This document shows positions 13,553 through 27,476 of a DNA stretch of 64,000 nucleotides, one piece after another. How positions within the stretch are numbered: position 1 is the first letter of the stretch; every line of letters starts with the position of its first letter. The DNA lies in assembly GCA_965207375.1 (NCBI GenBank), contig CBDBMG010000002.1:608001-672000 (forward strand). Direction: 5' to 3'. This DNA is from Nitrosopumilaceae archaeon (GTDB lineage Archaea > Thermoproteota > Nitrososphaeria > Nitrososphaerales > Nitrosopumilaceae). The notes beneath the pieces are model-generated. The model did no database searches, had not been told where the DNA came from, and worked only from the letters and a program-made list of their open reading frames with translations. A program made the position numbers and the translations under genes.

Positions 13553-14229
13553 TAAGTCAAAGATTTTTCATTCACTCTTGAATAACTAGCAAGACCACAG
13601 CAACAATACAAGACCACTTTGCATTACTTCTTCTAACAATTAATCCTTGTAATAATTAAACACTTGTAATAATGATTTTTCTGACAATGAATTTTCTTTA
13701 ATAATTAAAAATAATGATGTTTCTTCAAACAATACAAAATAACACGGGTAGTTTAGGGAAGCATAAGTTGGATTATATTAAGGCAGTTGTCAAATCCTGA
13801 GTGCCAAACATGCTGGAGATTACTTTTGAGGGAATCTGGAGCAAATGTTGCATGTCTTTGTCCCAGTCATGCCAGACATTGTGAACAACTGCTAAGAAAA
13901 ATCCTAAGTTAAAAAAGCTACAAAACCAATTGATCACTAGTGATATTAATACAAATTCGTTGTATGCTATAATATTATTATCAAATTATATTACTGTTTT
14001 AATAACTCACTACCAGCAATTTAAAGGGCGAAATTGGCAAACAACCCTGCAATAAGTATAAGTAATTAATAGAAGTTTAGTTCTTTAGCTTTCTTCTTAA
14101 CAAAACTAAAGCTATTTTGCTTCAATGTTGTTCACGTGTGATCACTAACAATAAATTCCTGATTTAATCAGCTGTTTAAATGGGGTGAAAGGAAGCCAGA
14201 TACTGGGTTTAAAAACCCCACCTTTTTGT

Positions 14230-15600
14230 CTTGAATGCACTGGAAGTGATAATAAATTTACTGTAGAACAAGTTCTGTTACGGTGGAAGTATATTTACAC
14301 TGAATGTAAGAAGAGGAATATCTTGGCTACCAGCTTTAGTGAGATTGCAGAATAATGAAGGCAATGAAACTTACTGTTTCATTGCTTTGCTTTTCAAATG
14401 ACCCACTAAAAGCTGAGGTGATATCAATTTCCAAACAAGAACAAGTTGTGATTCCTGAAGCATGGAGAGCATGGCTTCACAATGAGATTAAATCAGATGT
14501 TGTGTATGTTCAAGACATTGTGCATATAAGAGTAAAACTAAAGGTTAGGTTACTGAAACCTTCTATTGTTTTGCCAATGGGACCCCATTATCTGGCATCT
14601 GGAAATCATGTTCACCTGATCAGAATGGCTTTTGGAAAAGATCAACACAATTTGAGAGAACGTGATGTGAACCACAGGGATAGCATGTTGTTGGTGCACT
14701 ACATTTATTTAAAAAGATTCCTGAAGCACTTGGCACATGTTATTATGTTGAAATCATTCAAAATGTTGTTGATAGCTACTTAGATAAAAAAGCTTAACTC
14801 CATTAGAAAGAATAGAGATCTGGTATGTTACTTTTTTGTTGGATATTGGTGACAGTGAGTTATTCACAGTAAGGGTTTTAATTTGAAAAACAATTTTATT
14901 ACCCAGAATGCCTATTTGTGCATTGAAATTAATGCTCATGCACTTATCCAGCTCTCGTGCATCATTAAGGATTGTAACACTACTGATGAAGCTGCAATTG
15001 TATTTTTCATGGCAACTTGGCTCTCAAGCCTGTGAAAGAACATTTCGGACTGTTAGAAGAATGAGTACAGTGTTTTCATCTGTTTAAATTCTGACATGCT
15101 TGCTTTGCTACACAAGCTGCATAGGCTACATGTACAGGCTTTATCGCAAGCAGATTCTGAAAATTCTTACATCACATTTCCAAGAAATGAGAAGAACCAA
15201 GCAAAGGATTGGTAAGAATAAGAGTTGTGAGGAGAGAATATTTCTGATAAAAATAAAGCAAGATAAAGCAAGAGCAGCTATATCAACATTAGCAATGAAG
15301 CGAGCTACTAGTAAAGCTTCCAAATTTGATATGTCTAGGTGTGATGAACAGGAGAGTCTAGAAGATGATGATAATAACAGTGATGTGGATGAAGAAGACA
15401 AAATTAATGCAAAGGAGCAAGAAGCTGTGTTATGGTATGAGGAAGATCCAGATATTGATTTACAACAATTGTGTAAACAAGACATTGTAGATGACTATAC
15501 AATGCAGAAGTTTCATGAACTCAAAAAATCAATTGCTCCAAAGAAAGTGTCATCCTCAGTAATGCCTATATATTATCCCTCAGAAACTGATAAAAAAGCA
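14230..15600 (+). pseudogene. Decayed P-element-like DDE transposase
   Basis: VYVQDIVHIRVKLKVRLL (DxxH), NFITQNAYLCIEINAHAL, LGSQACERTFRTVRRMS; multiple frameshifts. Confidence 0.55.
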
Positions 15601-17914
15601 GCGGGTAGCGTTAGTTACCAATTAATCGGCAGAAAAAGCGACCCAATTTTTTCACCTGTTAGAATACCTTATAGAGCGCACAGTAGCCTCGATACAAGTA
15701 GAATATGTAGAATAATGCAATGACGTATAATTCCCACAAAGCAAATCGATGATGTAATAATTGCAACCTCAAATATTTTGTGCGAAATCAATTATCATAT
15801 CTCGCATCAGTTATCGTTTCCACATAGGCTATAATACATCTATTATTAATCGACATAGCCAGCAGTACATTGTAAGAAAATCAACCTTACCATTATTCTT
15901 TGTACTTGCATATTAGTTTTATTATCTTTCCTGTATAAAGTGATTGTTCATGGATCTGTTTTTGTTCCACTTGCAAACAAAGGATAGCAATACGCATGCG
16001 TATGCGCACTCGTGATTATCACAGGATGGTGACAGAAACCAACTTTTGAGCCTGTTTCTTTTATAACACGTCTTAATATTGGTTAGCAAACCTACAGTTG
16101 CGGACAAAAAAGTTCCCAGGTTCAACGCAAGATAATGACAACGCAAACCATATGGTCCGCATCAAAAACGTTGCTTCAGGTGAACTTGAAGAAAAGATTA
16201 CTTGTAAATTCCGTTACCCTTATTAGCGTCAGTCGAAAATTGATGCAGCCCCAAACCTATATAGCCGTTATTGTAGGCCACCCTCGCTCAGCCATCATAG
16301 TTCATCAGTTATTTTATATTTCACCTCAAAAACAACTTTCGAGGTGACGATAGCCGCTGCACTCCAAGTTACGGCATGCAACTTACCCAATTCAATTTAA
16401 GCTCTGCCAACATTAAACACACAAGAACCATCATAGAGATGTGCCATAAGTCGGTGTTTTACGAATTTCGTAATTTTAATACTTGAAAGATTCCTGTGTA
16501 GTTCGTCGTGGTGTGGTCGTGGTTTCTGGTTTCCATAACAAAGAGTCACAGAACAGTGCTGAATGCATCAAAGAAGAAACTAGCAGGTTAGAATTTTACA
16601 AGGAGAAAATATTTATATAGTTGTGTCTAAAACAATACTGTTTGGTGTTTTGGAATGATGAGGATGCAGTTACTGTTATACCAGCCATAAATGTGAAAGA
16701 AGCAGTAGTAGGTGAAATTAGGGAGGTCACGATGGGGAAAAATACTTACAGTGGAAGATACGTAGCTAACCAAGTACATAAGAGCAACAGGTGTACTATT
16801 TATCGCTTCCAAATGTAAGCAATACATCAATGTTATGTGAAAGAGATTTGTAGCTATAATGTGATTCATATGCTTTACATGGGAACTATAAGCAGAAAAT
16901 TAATATATCATTAATTAACTAGGTATCAGTTGTGAAACTCCCAGCTCTTACCTGTTGATATTGCTAGCTAAATATTGACCCTATCAAGTTATCTTATCTT
17001 ATGCTGTGTGGGATGATGGGCACCCAAGGCTTGCAAGCTTGCTATGGTATAAGGGCTATGTAATTATTCCGTCCTGCCATGGGTTAGCTTTGTTACATGA
17101 TCTTGATCACGTGACTTGCCAAGTACTGCCATGGCTACCTGGCCCTTACCCTGTTTAAGTGCCCAGGGCAAACTTATTCCACAGAACTAAAAGCTTCGGA
17201 CTATGGCCCATGTCACATTAACCACTCTGTTAACGAGTCGGTTAATGGAGAATGGGGAAGGGTGGGAGGGGGCAAAAGTTCACTTCAACTTCAGGGGTCT
17301 GTTTAGTAACTAGCAGAAAATGCGGGCTACCTCTGATATTTATGGTATGTATAGAATGTGTTTACTGTACTGTGAGGCCTGCCCTCTAATAAGACACTGG
17401 GATTTTACTGTATATGAAGAATTTGATACTGTGCTGTAATTCCCTCTCTCCTACTAGGTCAGTCTTCTGACCACCATGGACAACCTGCTAGTTAACCCTG
17501 TTTAACCTTAACCTGTGGTTAAACTTCGATTAATATAATAATCTAAGCCTAAAGTTCATGTGATGAATGCAGTAATCAAAAAAGCATATTATGTACATAT
17601 AACCAAGCCTCACTCTAATGCTATACATACGTAGGCAGCAAACAGGAGATGGATCGGCTAGAACAATTGTTTATGGAAGAAAAGTTTCATCCCCTTGATC
17701 CAGAGCTTCCACCAATATCAGAACTTTCAGGGCTCCCATTAAGTAAGGATCTACAAAGGAAAAGGAGAAAGTGAAAATTAGGTATGGCAAGTTTTTGGAT
17801 GGTACAACATCAACTTGTTGTTGCTGAGATATATATCCCAACTTCTTAAAAAATGATGCCATTTTCCCTTCATTTGATAAATGAAATGAATATCAGAGCC
17901 TGTAATTAGCAGCT

Positions 17915-19590
17915 GTAACATGCACTGACTGTATTATAATAATATGCATTGTATGTATATATGGTGGGCTACTTATGTTATGCACACGTGTGTATTGTTG
18001 TCGCACATGGTGTCAGAAGTGACTATCTTTTGCGATGGCTACAATGAATCTACAGCTCCAAGGACCACTTTGTTTTAACAAAATGGAGGACTGGCCGAAA
18101 TGGTTACACCAATTTGAGTAGTATCGTTTAGCGTTGGGTTTGTCAGAAAAAGGAGAGGAGTGTCAAGTAAGTACCCTTCTTTACTGTCTGGGAGAGAATG
18201 CAGTGGATGTATTTGACACTACATGCATATCAGCGGAGAACAAGAAGTATAGTAGAGTTGTCGAAGAGTTTGACAATTATTTCAAAGTTCGAAAGAACAT
18301 TATTTATGAATGTGTGCATTTCAATAAAAGAAACCAGCTGCCTAACAAGCCCGTGGAACAGTTCATCACAGAGGTACATGGGCTAGGTGATAATTGCGAA
18401 TTTGGCGAGATGAAAAAAGACCACATTAGAGATTGCTTGGTGGTGGGAATTCGAGACTACTCCCTCTCCGAGCGATTACAGATGGAACCAGACCTCACAT
18501 TGAATAAGGCCAAACGGCTAATCCGCCAGAGAGATGCGGTAAAAGAACAACAGGACACACTGAAGATATCAATGAAGGAAGAAGGCACTCATGATGCTGT
18601 AAGCCAAAGAACCCCTAGAAGGATCTTACCTACAATTTCATCAGCAGTACCCCCACCATTTATACCATCTTGAAGTTGGAGAATATGTGGTAAGGGTAGC
18701 CATCCCCGACAATCCTGCCCAGCTAGGGATGTAACATGCATCCAATGTAATCGGAGAGGCCATTATAGCACTCAATGCCAGTCTACCACAGTAGCAGAAC
18801 TAACAACAAAAGAGAACCAAACTGAAGTCTTGCATGCAGAAACAGCTTATCTCAACACAATAGAAGGCACTTATGGGAGATCAAGATTGAAATCAAAGAT
18901 AAACATGTACCCTTTAAGGTCGACACAGGTGCAGAGGTTACCATACTGTCAGACTAAACATGGAACATCTTAAGCTCTTCTCACCCCTGAAGGAAACAGA
19001 AACATCACTTTGTGGCCCAGATCAGTCTTATTTAAAGGTTCTGGGAGAGACTACACTTTCTCTTTCATATTAAGGGAAATCCAGCACTTAACGCGTGTTT
19101 ATTGTCAAACAATCCTTTAGGACTCCCAACCATTAGGGCATTACAGTTGTTGTCGAATGTATGTTCAGTCGATAAAAGTATTATTTCACAGTACCCCTCG
19201 CTATTCACAGGCCTAGGTAAATTTGGGCAAGAGTATACAATTAAGTTGAAACCAATCTCCAGCCATTCACATTATATGCCCCACGAAATATCCCCCTCCC
19301 CATGGGGACGAAGGTGCAAACAGAATTACAGTGTATGCAAAGCTTAGGAGTCATTTTGCCTGTGGAGGAGCCCACACCTTGGTGTGCAGCAAAGGTTGTT
19401 ATTCCCAAAGACTCTGGAGCAGTATGAATTTGTGTTGATCTAAAGCCCCTTAATGAAAGTGTCCTGTGCAAAGTACATCCTATGGATACAACACTAGCAC
19501 AGTTATCAGGAGCCAGTAAACTTGATGTTCCCTCTCTGAGCGATTACAGATGGAACCAGACCTCACACTGGATAAAGCCAAACGGCTAAT
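17915..19590 (+). mobile_element. Second decayed Ty3/Gypsy element
   Basis: Putative LTR tg...ca ending ~18007, then PBS tggtgtcagaagtg (tRNA-Leu-like); gag QVSTLLYCLGENA...IRDCLVVGIRD, knuckle CIQCNRRGHYSTQC, protease FKVDTGAEV, RT start PTPWCAA; gag piece re-duplicated at ~19528-19590. Confidence 0.9.
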
Positions 19591-21197
19591 CAGTAGATTA
19601 ATATCATGTGGCTTTACTAGTGCGGGTGCTGGCCAGAAATTGAGCATATCAGCTGTTGTATTACAATATGCTATATAAGTTGAAGTGTGTGACCCAGCAA
19701 ATGATCATCGGTTAGCTAGCTACTGATAACTAATATTTTTGGCAAAGTAGATCTCCGACTTTTTCAATCCCGAGAGTTCATAATCCTATGTTTAGCTAAC
19801 ATACAGTTATGCAGTACAACAAATACAACAACATTTAATAACTACATATACAAAACCAAACGATTCCTCCAAAGATCATACATATATTTACTTAAAATAC
19901 CCTCCATGTCCTTTACGGGACAGTTTTAAGTCACCTTTTCCCCCTATACTACAGGAAAGTTTTAAGTCACCTTTTCCCCTATACTACGGGAAAGTTTTAA
20001 AAGTCATCTGCTACTCTCACAAGACGTCACGCAAAGAGATTGTAAATTATGAACACGAGACATCATGTGCTAGTACTAACTACAGCTTAGTAGCTATAGC
20101 GCTCTCATTGCAGCTCTATAGATCTAGCTACTACTTTATAACTCCAACTTATTGAGTGAAAATCCCATGTAACACAAAAACAAAGACCGCACAGGTTTTA
20201 AGGCAGATAAGGAAAGAAAGGAAGGTTCTCCTTCAAGTAGAATGAAGCCTGCAGAAGCATATAAATACCCACCATGGATCTTTAACTGAAACTGATGATG
20301 TAGGCATTCAGTTCTGTTGATTTGTATATACTGATCTAGCTATATACATAGACTGGTGTTTTGATAATTTGATTTAATGAATTACATAATTTACACTGCT
20401 ATGGCTATACAAATAAATTTGACTTCATTAGATTAAGAATAAATGGTTATAAGACACTATCTTAACCAAAATATAATAATAAAGAAAAATAATCTCAAAA
20501 TATAAACAAGGAGGTGTCCTGCAGCAAACGCATTAAACTGGATAACAATCTTTTTAGTCCTGATAAAGCAGTTAAATGGCATACCTTCTAACCTAACTTT
20601 CATATGCACACAATATGTTGTGCAAGGCATACAGTAACGAAAAAATGATGATTGTGTGGCAGACTGGGTCTAATTTCATATAACTAGCTAGTATCTAGAT
20701 ACAAAGGGAAATTTAAAGGCTATTTTTGTTGCTGAGATATATATCCCAACTTCTTCAAAAATGATGCCATTTCCCCTTCATTTGAAAAATGAAATAAATA
20801 TCAGAGCCTGGAATTAGCAGCTAAAGCGTTTAGACTACAGCCTTGAGTTATGACCTATGAGTAATTATACATACCTTTTATAGGAGAAGCACAAGCATGA
20901 TGTTGAGGGTTTGCATTGTTGCAGATCTAGGATCTTGTAACAAGAATGACACCTAATTAAGCACCACTACTAATGGTAAGTAAGGGGGGCTTATTAATGA
21001 TAAGTAACAGGCGCTTACAAATGGTAATTAAGGGCACCAATTATAAGTGTAGATGCTTATGTTCTGGATGCATTATAATTAACTGCTATAAACTCAAGAT
21101 AAAGGTGCCATAAATTTAAGTGCCATTGTAATAAGTTGCGCATGCACAGGAACTCGCCATTACGTTTGGTGAAAGATTTCTGCAAAAGCTTATAACC

Positions 21198-21685
21198 ATG
21201 TCTGTTAAAATTTGGTCCTGTAATGTTTGGTGGAACAGAGAAAATTATTGAGTATCTTTGCCAGCATAGAGTACTAGTTGGGAGCAACACCTGTGCAAGG
21301 TTACTTTATATTTATTACAATTAAAATATAATAAACATAATTATTTAGATGCAGTGGAGCAGCTATGCAAGAATGGGATGTGACAGATGGAGTTGCATGG
21401 TTTTGCAAGCAATGTAAAACCTGTAAATTCATACGTGATGGTAGCTTTTTTCTAAGTCTCGGCTGCCACTGCAAAAATGGTTCCTTATGCTGTGGCTTTG
21501 GGCAAGAGAATACCCAGTAACTGAGGCAAATGCAGAAGCAGAAATCGGCCGCCCTGCAGCAGTTGACATTTACCAGTGATTGCGTGAAGTCTGTTCAACC
21601 AAACTCATCCAATCACGGTCATCCTGGGTGGACCTGGTGAATTTGTACAAGTTGATGAATTGTTATTCTATCATAAGCCGAATAA
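21198..21685 (+). pseudogene. Merlin (IS1595/ISXO2-like) transposase 5' remnant with an intron
   Basis: GPVMFGGTEKIIEYL...CAR, intron, DVTDGVAWFCKQC...IRDGSFF...LREVCSTKL...LGGPGEFVQVDE. Confidence 0.75.
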
Positions 21686-22549
21686 ACATATCATGAACCA
21701 CGGTAGTGGGTTCATAATAGGGATCACGCCAAAAATTGCAAAAATCCTAATAGAACGTTCACTAAAATCAATTTTAAAACCACCTTAATAGCTTTTATTC
21801 GTTGAGAGAAATCTTTGAGGGTGTCCTTTAGTGTTGCTTCGTTTTCGTGATTTTTACTGACAACCGAAATACCTCCAATTCTCCATATTCTTCTTCTTCT
21901 TCTTCTTCTTATTATTATTTTTTTGTTTGGAGAGGCTACAGCAAAATTAAAAGTGGATATATCCGAATTAGATCTTTAGAATATCCGTGGCCAGCTCTGT
22001 GGCTATTTAAAAATTTCGTTTTGTAATGCGACCACAACATATGGCACAAAACAGCTTCTTCTTGGACACCATCGAGCGTGAAGCCATAAAAACACGAGCC
22101 AATGCCCACCATCATAACTGCCTCCCTTGCAAGAATATTGCGCTAAAAACTGCTTAAACCTTCTTAACAAGTTCCTGCGAATTATATTGAGCCATTTTAA
22201 GGGCATTTCTGAGAGTTGGAATTTCTGATGTTGAATTGTTTATCCGCTTCATCACTTACTTGTATCGCCCACCCCGTTAATCTAATTAGTTTGCAACTGC
22301 GTGGTTCTAAACAATTCAAATCATTCAGTGATAATGAACTAGAGTGTTTTTTGAGGTAAAATAGAATAGTTATTTGGTAAACCTAAGATATATATTTAAG
22401 CCTATATGTTATATAACCCTGCTAAATGTTTTCGGCACTTCTAATGATTTAGCGCACATAAACAGATAATGTACTACTGCATTTATATGCTAGCCTACAG
22501 CACAACTTATTTATCTACCTCACCTGTGTTGCCTCTTTTACAAATATTA

Positions 22550-24124
22550 GAGTAGGTGTGACTATTATGAGACAGTGGGTATTATGAGACACTTAGGCGT
22601 ATCGTTGTGAATTTTTCGTTACTACTTCACCTTGCTCTAACATACGTGCGGCCATAATATTTGGCCATTACGTGACCTTCATTTAGCTTACGCTCGTGTG
22701 ATTTATCACGTAATTTAAGGATTTAAAATTGAGCGTGTAATAGTCATTGCGCGTGTTCAACTGGAATATTCGATGAAATTAGTTGAAAGCTAGTTGCATG
22801 GCATCACAAAAGCAAAAGTTATGGACAGATGAAAGCATGGAAGCAGCTTATCAAACTGTCTTAGATGGCGAGGGCCTTAGAGAAAGGTCTAGGCTCTATA
22901 ATGTGCCAGTAGAAACTCTGAGGAGGAGGGTGAATGGATCTGTTGGCTTAGGGTGTAAGTCAGGACCAGCTACTATTCTTAATGATGAACAATTAAGAGG
23001 GTCTATTATGCGAGTATATTATAAAAATAGCAGATATGGGATATGGATTGACTAAGGAAGATGTACAACGTTTAGCATTTTCTATAGTGGAGAAAATCGG
23101 CTGCAAGCATCCATTTACTGACGGAAAGGCAGGTCGCGGATGGTTTGATGGGTTCAAATTACGCCATCCTTAGTTGACTTTTCACACCCCACAATCATTG
23201 CGAGGAAAAAATTTCCTCAACAGTCAGAGTGTCTGTATCACAGACCCTGAAATTCTAAAAGAATTAAAGGCAAAAGAGGCTGAGAAGGCTGATGAAGCAG
23301 AGAAGAAAAGAGTGAGGATAGCTGAAAGAGCCAAAAAGAAGTAGCAAAAAGAGAAGAAAAAAGAAAGAGCTAGAAGAAAAAAAGAGATATCAAAGAAGAA
23401 AAACAATCAGACACAATTGCAAGAGGTGAATCTAAATCCATCAGGTGACGAAGATGATGCTGAATGCCCCATATGTGGGTTGCTGTATAAAGATGATGAA
23501 TCAGGGGATTCATGGATATGTTGTGATAAATGTAATGACTGGTTCTGCTTTAAATGTTCAGGATTAGATGATGTGAATGATGATTTTTATTGTGAAATGT
23601 GTAAATAGTTTAAGAGACAGTGTGTGCATGCATGTTTGAACATTAGCCATACATCATTCAAATTTATAATTTGGTATGTTAAAGTCATTAGTTTATGAGC
23701 TAAATTTTAGTGTCTCATAATTAATCAAATGTCTCATAATTGGCTCTTTAATATGTAGTATGAAAATGCATTCTTACCTATACTTTAAGAAATGAATATT
23801 GGGATTGAATACCACCCATTTATGATAGGATAGGTACATAACATATACCCAAAGTTTGGTGTCTGAGGACTTTTACTTTTGTATTTCCTGGAATTTATAT
23901 TTTGGTATTTCTTGATTCATCAATTGTCTCATAATGGCTGTTTGCATATATAATATGAAAATGCATTTTTTTCTACTGTAAGGAATGATTATTGGGATTA
24001 AATATCACCCACATATAATAGGATAGGTACATAACATCTAGCCAAAGTCTTGGTGTCTGATGTCTTTTACTTTTGCATTTCCTGGAATTTATATTTTCGT
24101 GTCTCATAATTGTGGCACCTACTC
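22550..24124 (+). mobile_element. Internally deleted pogo/Tigger-like transposon
   Basis: TIRs gagtaggtg...attatgagac / gtctcataat...cacctactc, TA flanks; Psq HTH (WTDESMEAA...YNVPVETLRRRV), CENP-B HTH (GKAGRGWFDGF), DDE region missing, C-terminal PHD (CPIC...WICCDKC..W...C...FYCEMC). Confidence 0.85.
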
Positions 24125-24134
24125 TACACTGTTC

Positions 24135-25150
24135 GGGTGTCTCTAATCAATGGAATGGAATATGGACTGGAATGTGGAATGGAATGGACTCAACAATAAA
24201 TAGGTCTACTCGTAGCTATATTATTACGAATGGAAATTAATTATTAATAAACTTATCAAGGGTATTCTAACTCATTTTCAGATCAAGGATTTTCTGCTTC
24301 ACCATTTCAGTGTTCGTATTTTTCACCCGCATATTCTAGACAAAGTTATGTGCTTCCATCTACTGGTTCTCAAGTTGAATATTCATACAGATCACCAACT
24401 CTTCAAGGACAAAATCTTACACTACCATCTTTTAGCTTAAACTTGTTACCACCACCACCACCACCACCACCACCACCACCACCACCACCACTTGTTCCGC
24501 TACAACCAACTCCAACTGTAACTAATATGAATACACAGAACGTTTCTGGTGGCATGTGTAATGTAATTGTATCCCAAACTACTTTACAGCCTTTAAATCA
24601 AGCAGATTTGGAACAAAGACCATTTAATTTGCACTCTATATCTGGAAACATTTCACGATGTGCCGGATGCAAGAAAAAGTATTTCAAGCCTCCCAAGGTA
24701 CCAGATGATTTATGCATTCAGCATGAAGAATGGCGCCAGGTTACATTCCCTAATTCTTCATCACCATCAAAGATCTTTAGCAATGCGTATTACCATGCAA
24801 GTTTATTCTGCATTAAATCAAAGTGGCCTTTGTTTACACCAAACCAGGTAGTAATTCCCCCATCTATCTATGCCAGATTGTTACCACAGCACTGGGACTT
24901 GTTTTATAGAGTCTTTGGCACATGATTACTAGGTAGCATTTTTTGGGTATGTATGTATAAACTCGTGATTTGTTATGTGGTTATTTATAGTGATAATTTA
25001 CTGCATGTATTAGCTATAATGCATGACAACTAGCTAGCTGGTTTTACACCTTTAGCATGCATGTATAGAGCTATAACTAGATGCTAGAGAAGCTATTCCA
25101 TTCCATTCCACATTCCAGTCCATATTCCATTCCATTGATTAGAGACACCC
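24135..25150 (+). mobile_element. Mutator-like (MULE) deletion derivative
   Basis: ~50-bp TIRs gggtgtctctaatcaatggaatggaatatggactggaatgtggaatggaat; perfect 10-bp TSD tacactgttc (24125-24134 and 25151-25160); internal ORF 24350-24925 with poly-Pro and a CxxC...H..C module. Confidence 0.88.
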
Positions 25151-25968
25151 TACACTGTTCACAATATGCTCCACAATATTGTATTAAAAGCCATGCATGC
25201 ACCTCCCATATTTCCCTGCAGGAGTTGTTGACAACAGTAGCTGAATAGCAGTGGTATTTCCTGTTAATGTATAAATAGTCTAGGGGTTGGAGCTACTTAA
25301 ATTGAACCATAAACAATGATTTATGGTATAGTTAAATCCTGGCATGAGGTTAATATAAACGATATCACTGGAGGGGACGGGATTTAACTGGCTTCTATCC
25401 CAGTGTACAATACGTAATCAACTTCCTGTAATCAAGCAAGCGTTTCGCAACTATACAAGATTTGATTGGCTTATTTCCTGAAAACAGTTAAATTGTTCGC
25501 TCGGAACGACTCTTTAGATGGCGACAAGTTAGCTCGTCTTTTGCTTGGGATGGTATATTTGGAAGTCGGTCAGCAGCAAAGGCAATTAATTAGGCGAAAA
25601 CGTACACATCGGCCGGAGCGGAGTCGAAAAAGTACGTCGTTCAAACGATAGCAAAGCACCATTATCTCCAACAAGTCAGCTGCTGTTTCAGTAATAAAAC
25701 ATGTAAGAGAATTTGTCGGATCAACGATAAAACACGATCACAGTCTGTTTCTGATCGCCTGCTACTCATCTAGGTGAAAGGATGTAATTCCGTTCCCTTA
25801 CATATATTTCACTTTTGTAATTGAAATATTCTAAATACATACAATTATAATTCAAATTATTACATAATCATTACAATGCGTAATCTACTATTGCTTTCGC
25901 GGTAAAATTGAATTGGCGGTTAACCAACACGTGGTTTACTGGTTCCTTTTTGTGGTCTTCTTGGCGTC

Positions 25969-26085
25969 ATGGCTATGTCAACTCTAGGACCAATTATTTT
26001 TGCTAATAACACTATTGCTGCCATCAATTTTCTGAAGAGCAAGGGGCTACTGGCTAGTAGCATGAACTGTACCACATGTGGAGGG
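25969..26085 (+). pseudogene. Merlin-like transposase N-terminal fragment
   Basis: MSTLGPIIFANNTIAAINFLKSKGLLASSMNCTTCG parallels the N-terminus at 21198. Confidence 0.5.
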
Positions 26086-26574
26086 CGAGAAAGACTACCA
26101 TATAATACAATTAGATCGTTTTCTTTCAGTTCGCAGAAAGAAAACCTGCGAGTCCAGTCCACGGTCCAGTCCAGTCCAGAGTCCAGGTTTTGTAAAGGCC
26201 CCTACTGAGACTTACTATGGTTGCCCACTATGTGGGCACAAAAAGTAAGTGTAACATGTGTATCTGCTGGTGATAATACGTAGATGAATTTGATGTGACA
26301 GTGGCCTCCATAGAAGAGGAATATCTTGAAGGTAGTGCCCAAAACAAATTTATATTATTTCTAGTGGATGGTTGTTGCCTACGTAGGATTAGTCTATGGA
26401 GGTAAGGTACCAAACCATCATGCTTAGTTCTTTGCATACAAAATTTGCAATTGCTCACCAAATAGTTTTTCAACACAATACTCAGGTTTACTCTTTCATA
26501 TGTATGTATGTGTAACACATCTTATTCTATGATATACGTACCTTAAATGTTGTATTCCTTCACTTGTGCTGCCA

Positions 26575-27150
26575 GGTCACAACCCACCCATACCAACCCC
26601 AGCAGGTAATACATATTATTGTATTATTTACTTTTACTTGTGCTACCAGATCACCACCAGCATGTCCCCCCACCCCCTGTAGATGGTAACACATACAATA
26701 ATATTGTATGATATGCATTTACTTATGCCACCAGGTCACCAGCCACCAGAGAACCCACCGGAGGCCAACCCCCCTGGCCCACCCGCAGATGGTAACATAC
26801 ACAATAATATTGTATGATATGCCTTTACTTGTGCCACCAGATCACCAGCCACTGGAGGAAGGCTCACCATCCCCAGCTAATCCTCCTCCTCCTGCAGCAA
26901 ATGGTAGCTTGTATTATGCAAACAATATCTTTGACATTCTTGTTCTCAGAAATACTAGTACAACTGCAAAGAATCGTGGAGCAACTTAACAGTATGTACC
27001 TTTAGCAATATGACAATACATGTGTAGTAACTTAGACATTGTGTAGATCAACAAAGAGGCCGAAGCCAAAGCCGGGGACGTGGAAGAGGGCGGGGGGAAG
27101 AGGAAGAGGACAATGGAGAGGAGGAGGGGGAAAATTTTACTTCATATTTA
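26575..27150 (+). other. Gene fragment built from tandem Pro-rich micro-exons, ending in an RG-rich exon
   Basis: Near-identical ~45-50 nt GTAA...CCAG introns alternate with exons such as HQPPENPPEANPPGPPAD and HQPLEEGSPSPANPPPPAAN; last exon QRGRSQSRGRGRGRG. Confidence 0.45.
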
Positions 27151-27476
27151 AAAAAATAATATATATTGTATTTAACATTTATTATTGTATTTAACTTATA
27201 TTTATGTATTTATATTTATATATTCAGTAATAAAGTGATTATGAAAATTAAAAAATCCATGTATGGTAGTATTTAAACAGCTGTGAGTGGGTGCTTCAGT
27301 TTCAGATTCGTCTGATAGTTTAGCTAGTGACTACAAGCAAGGGTCTCGCCAATGTCTTATAAAGTATAGACGGGTTGCCTTTTATAGGCGTGGTCAATAA
27401 TTACGCAACGTATTTCACGTGAGCAATATTGTCCACCATTTTGTAGGTCAGAACGTAGTGTACGCTTCACTATGAA

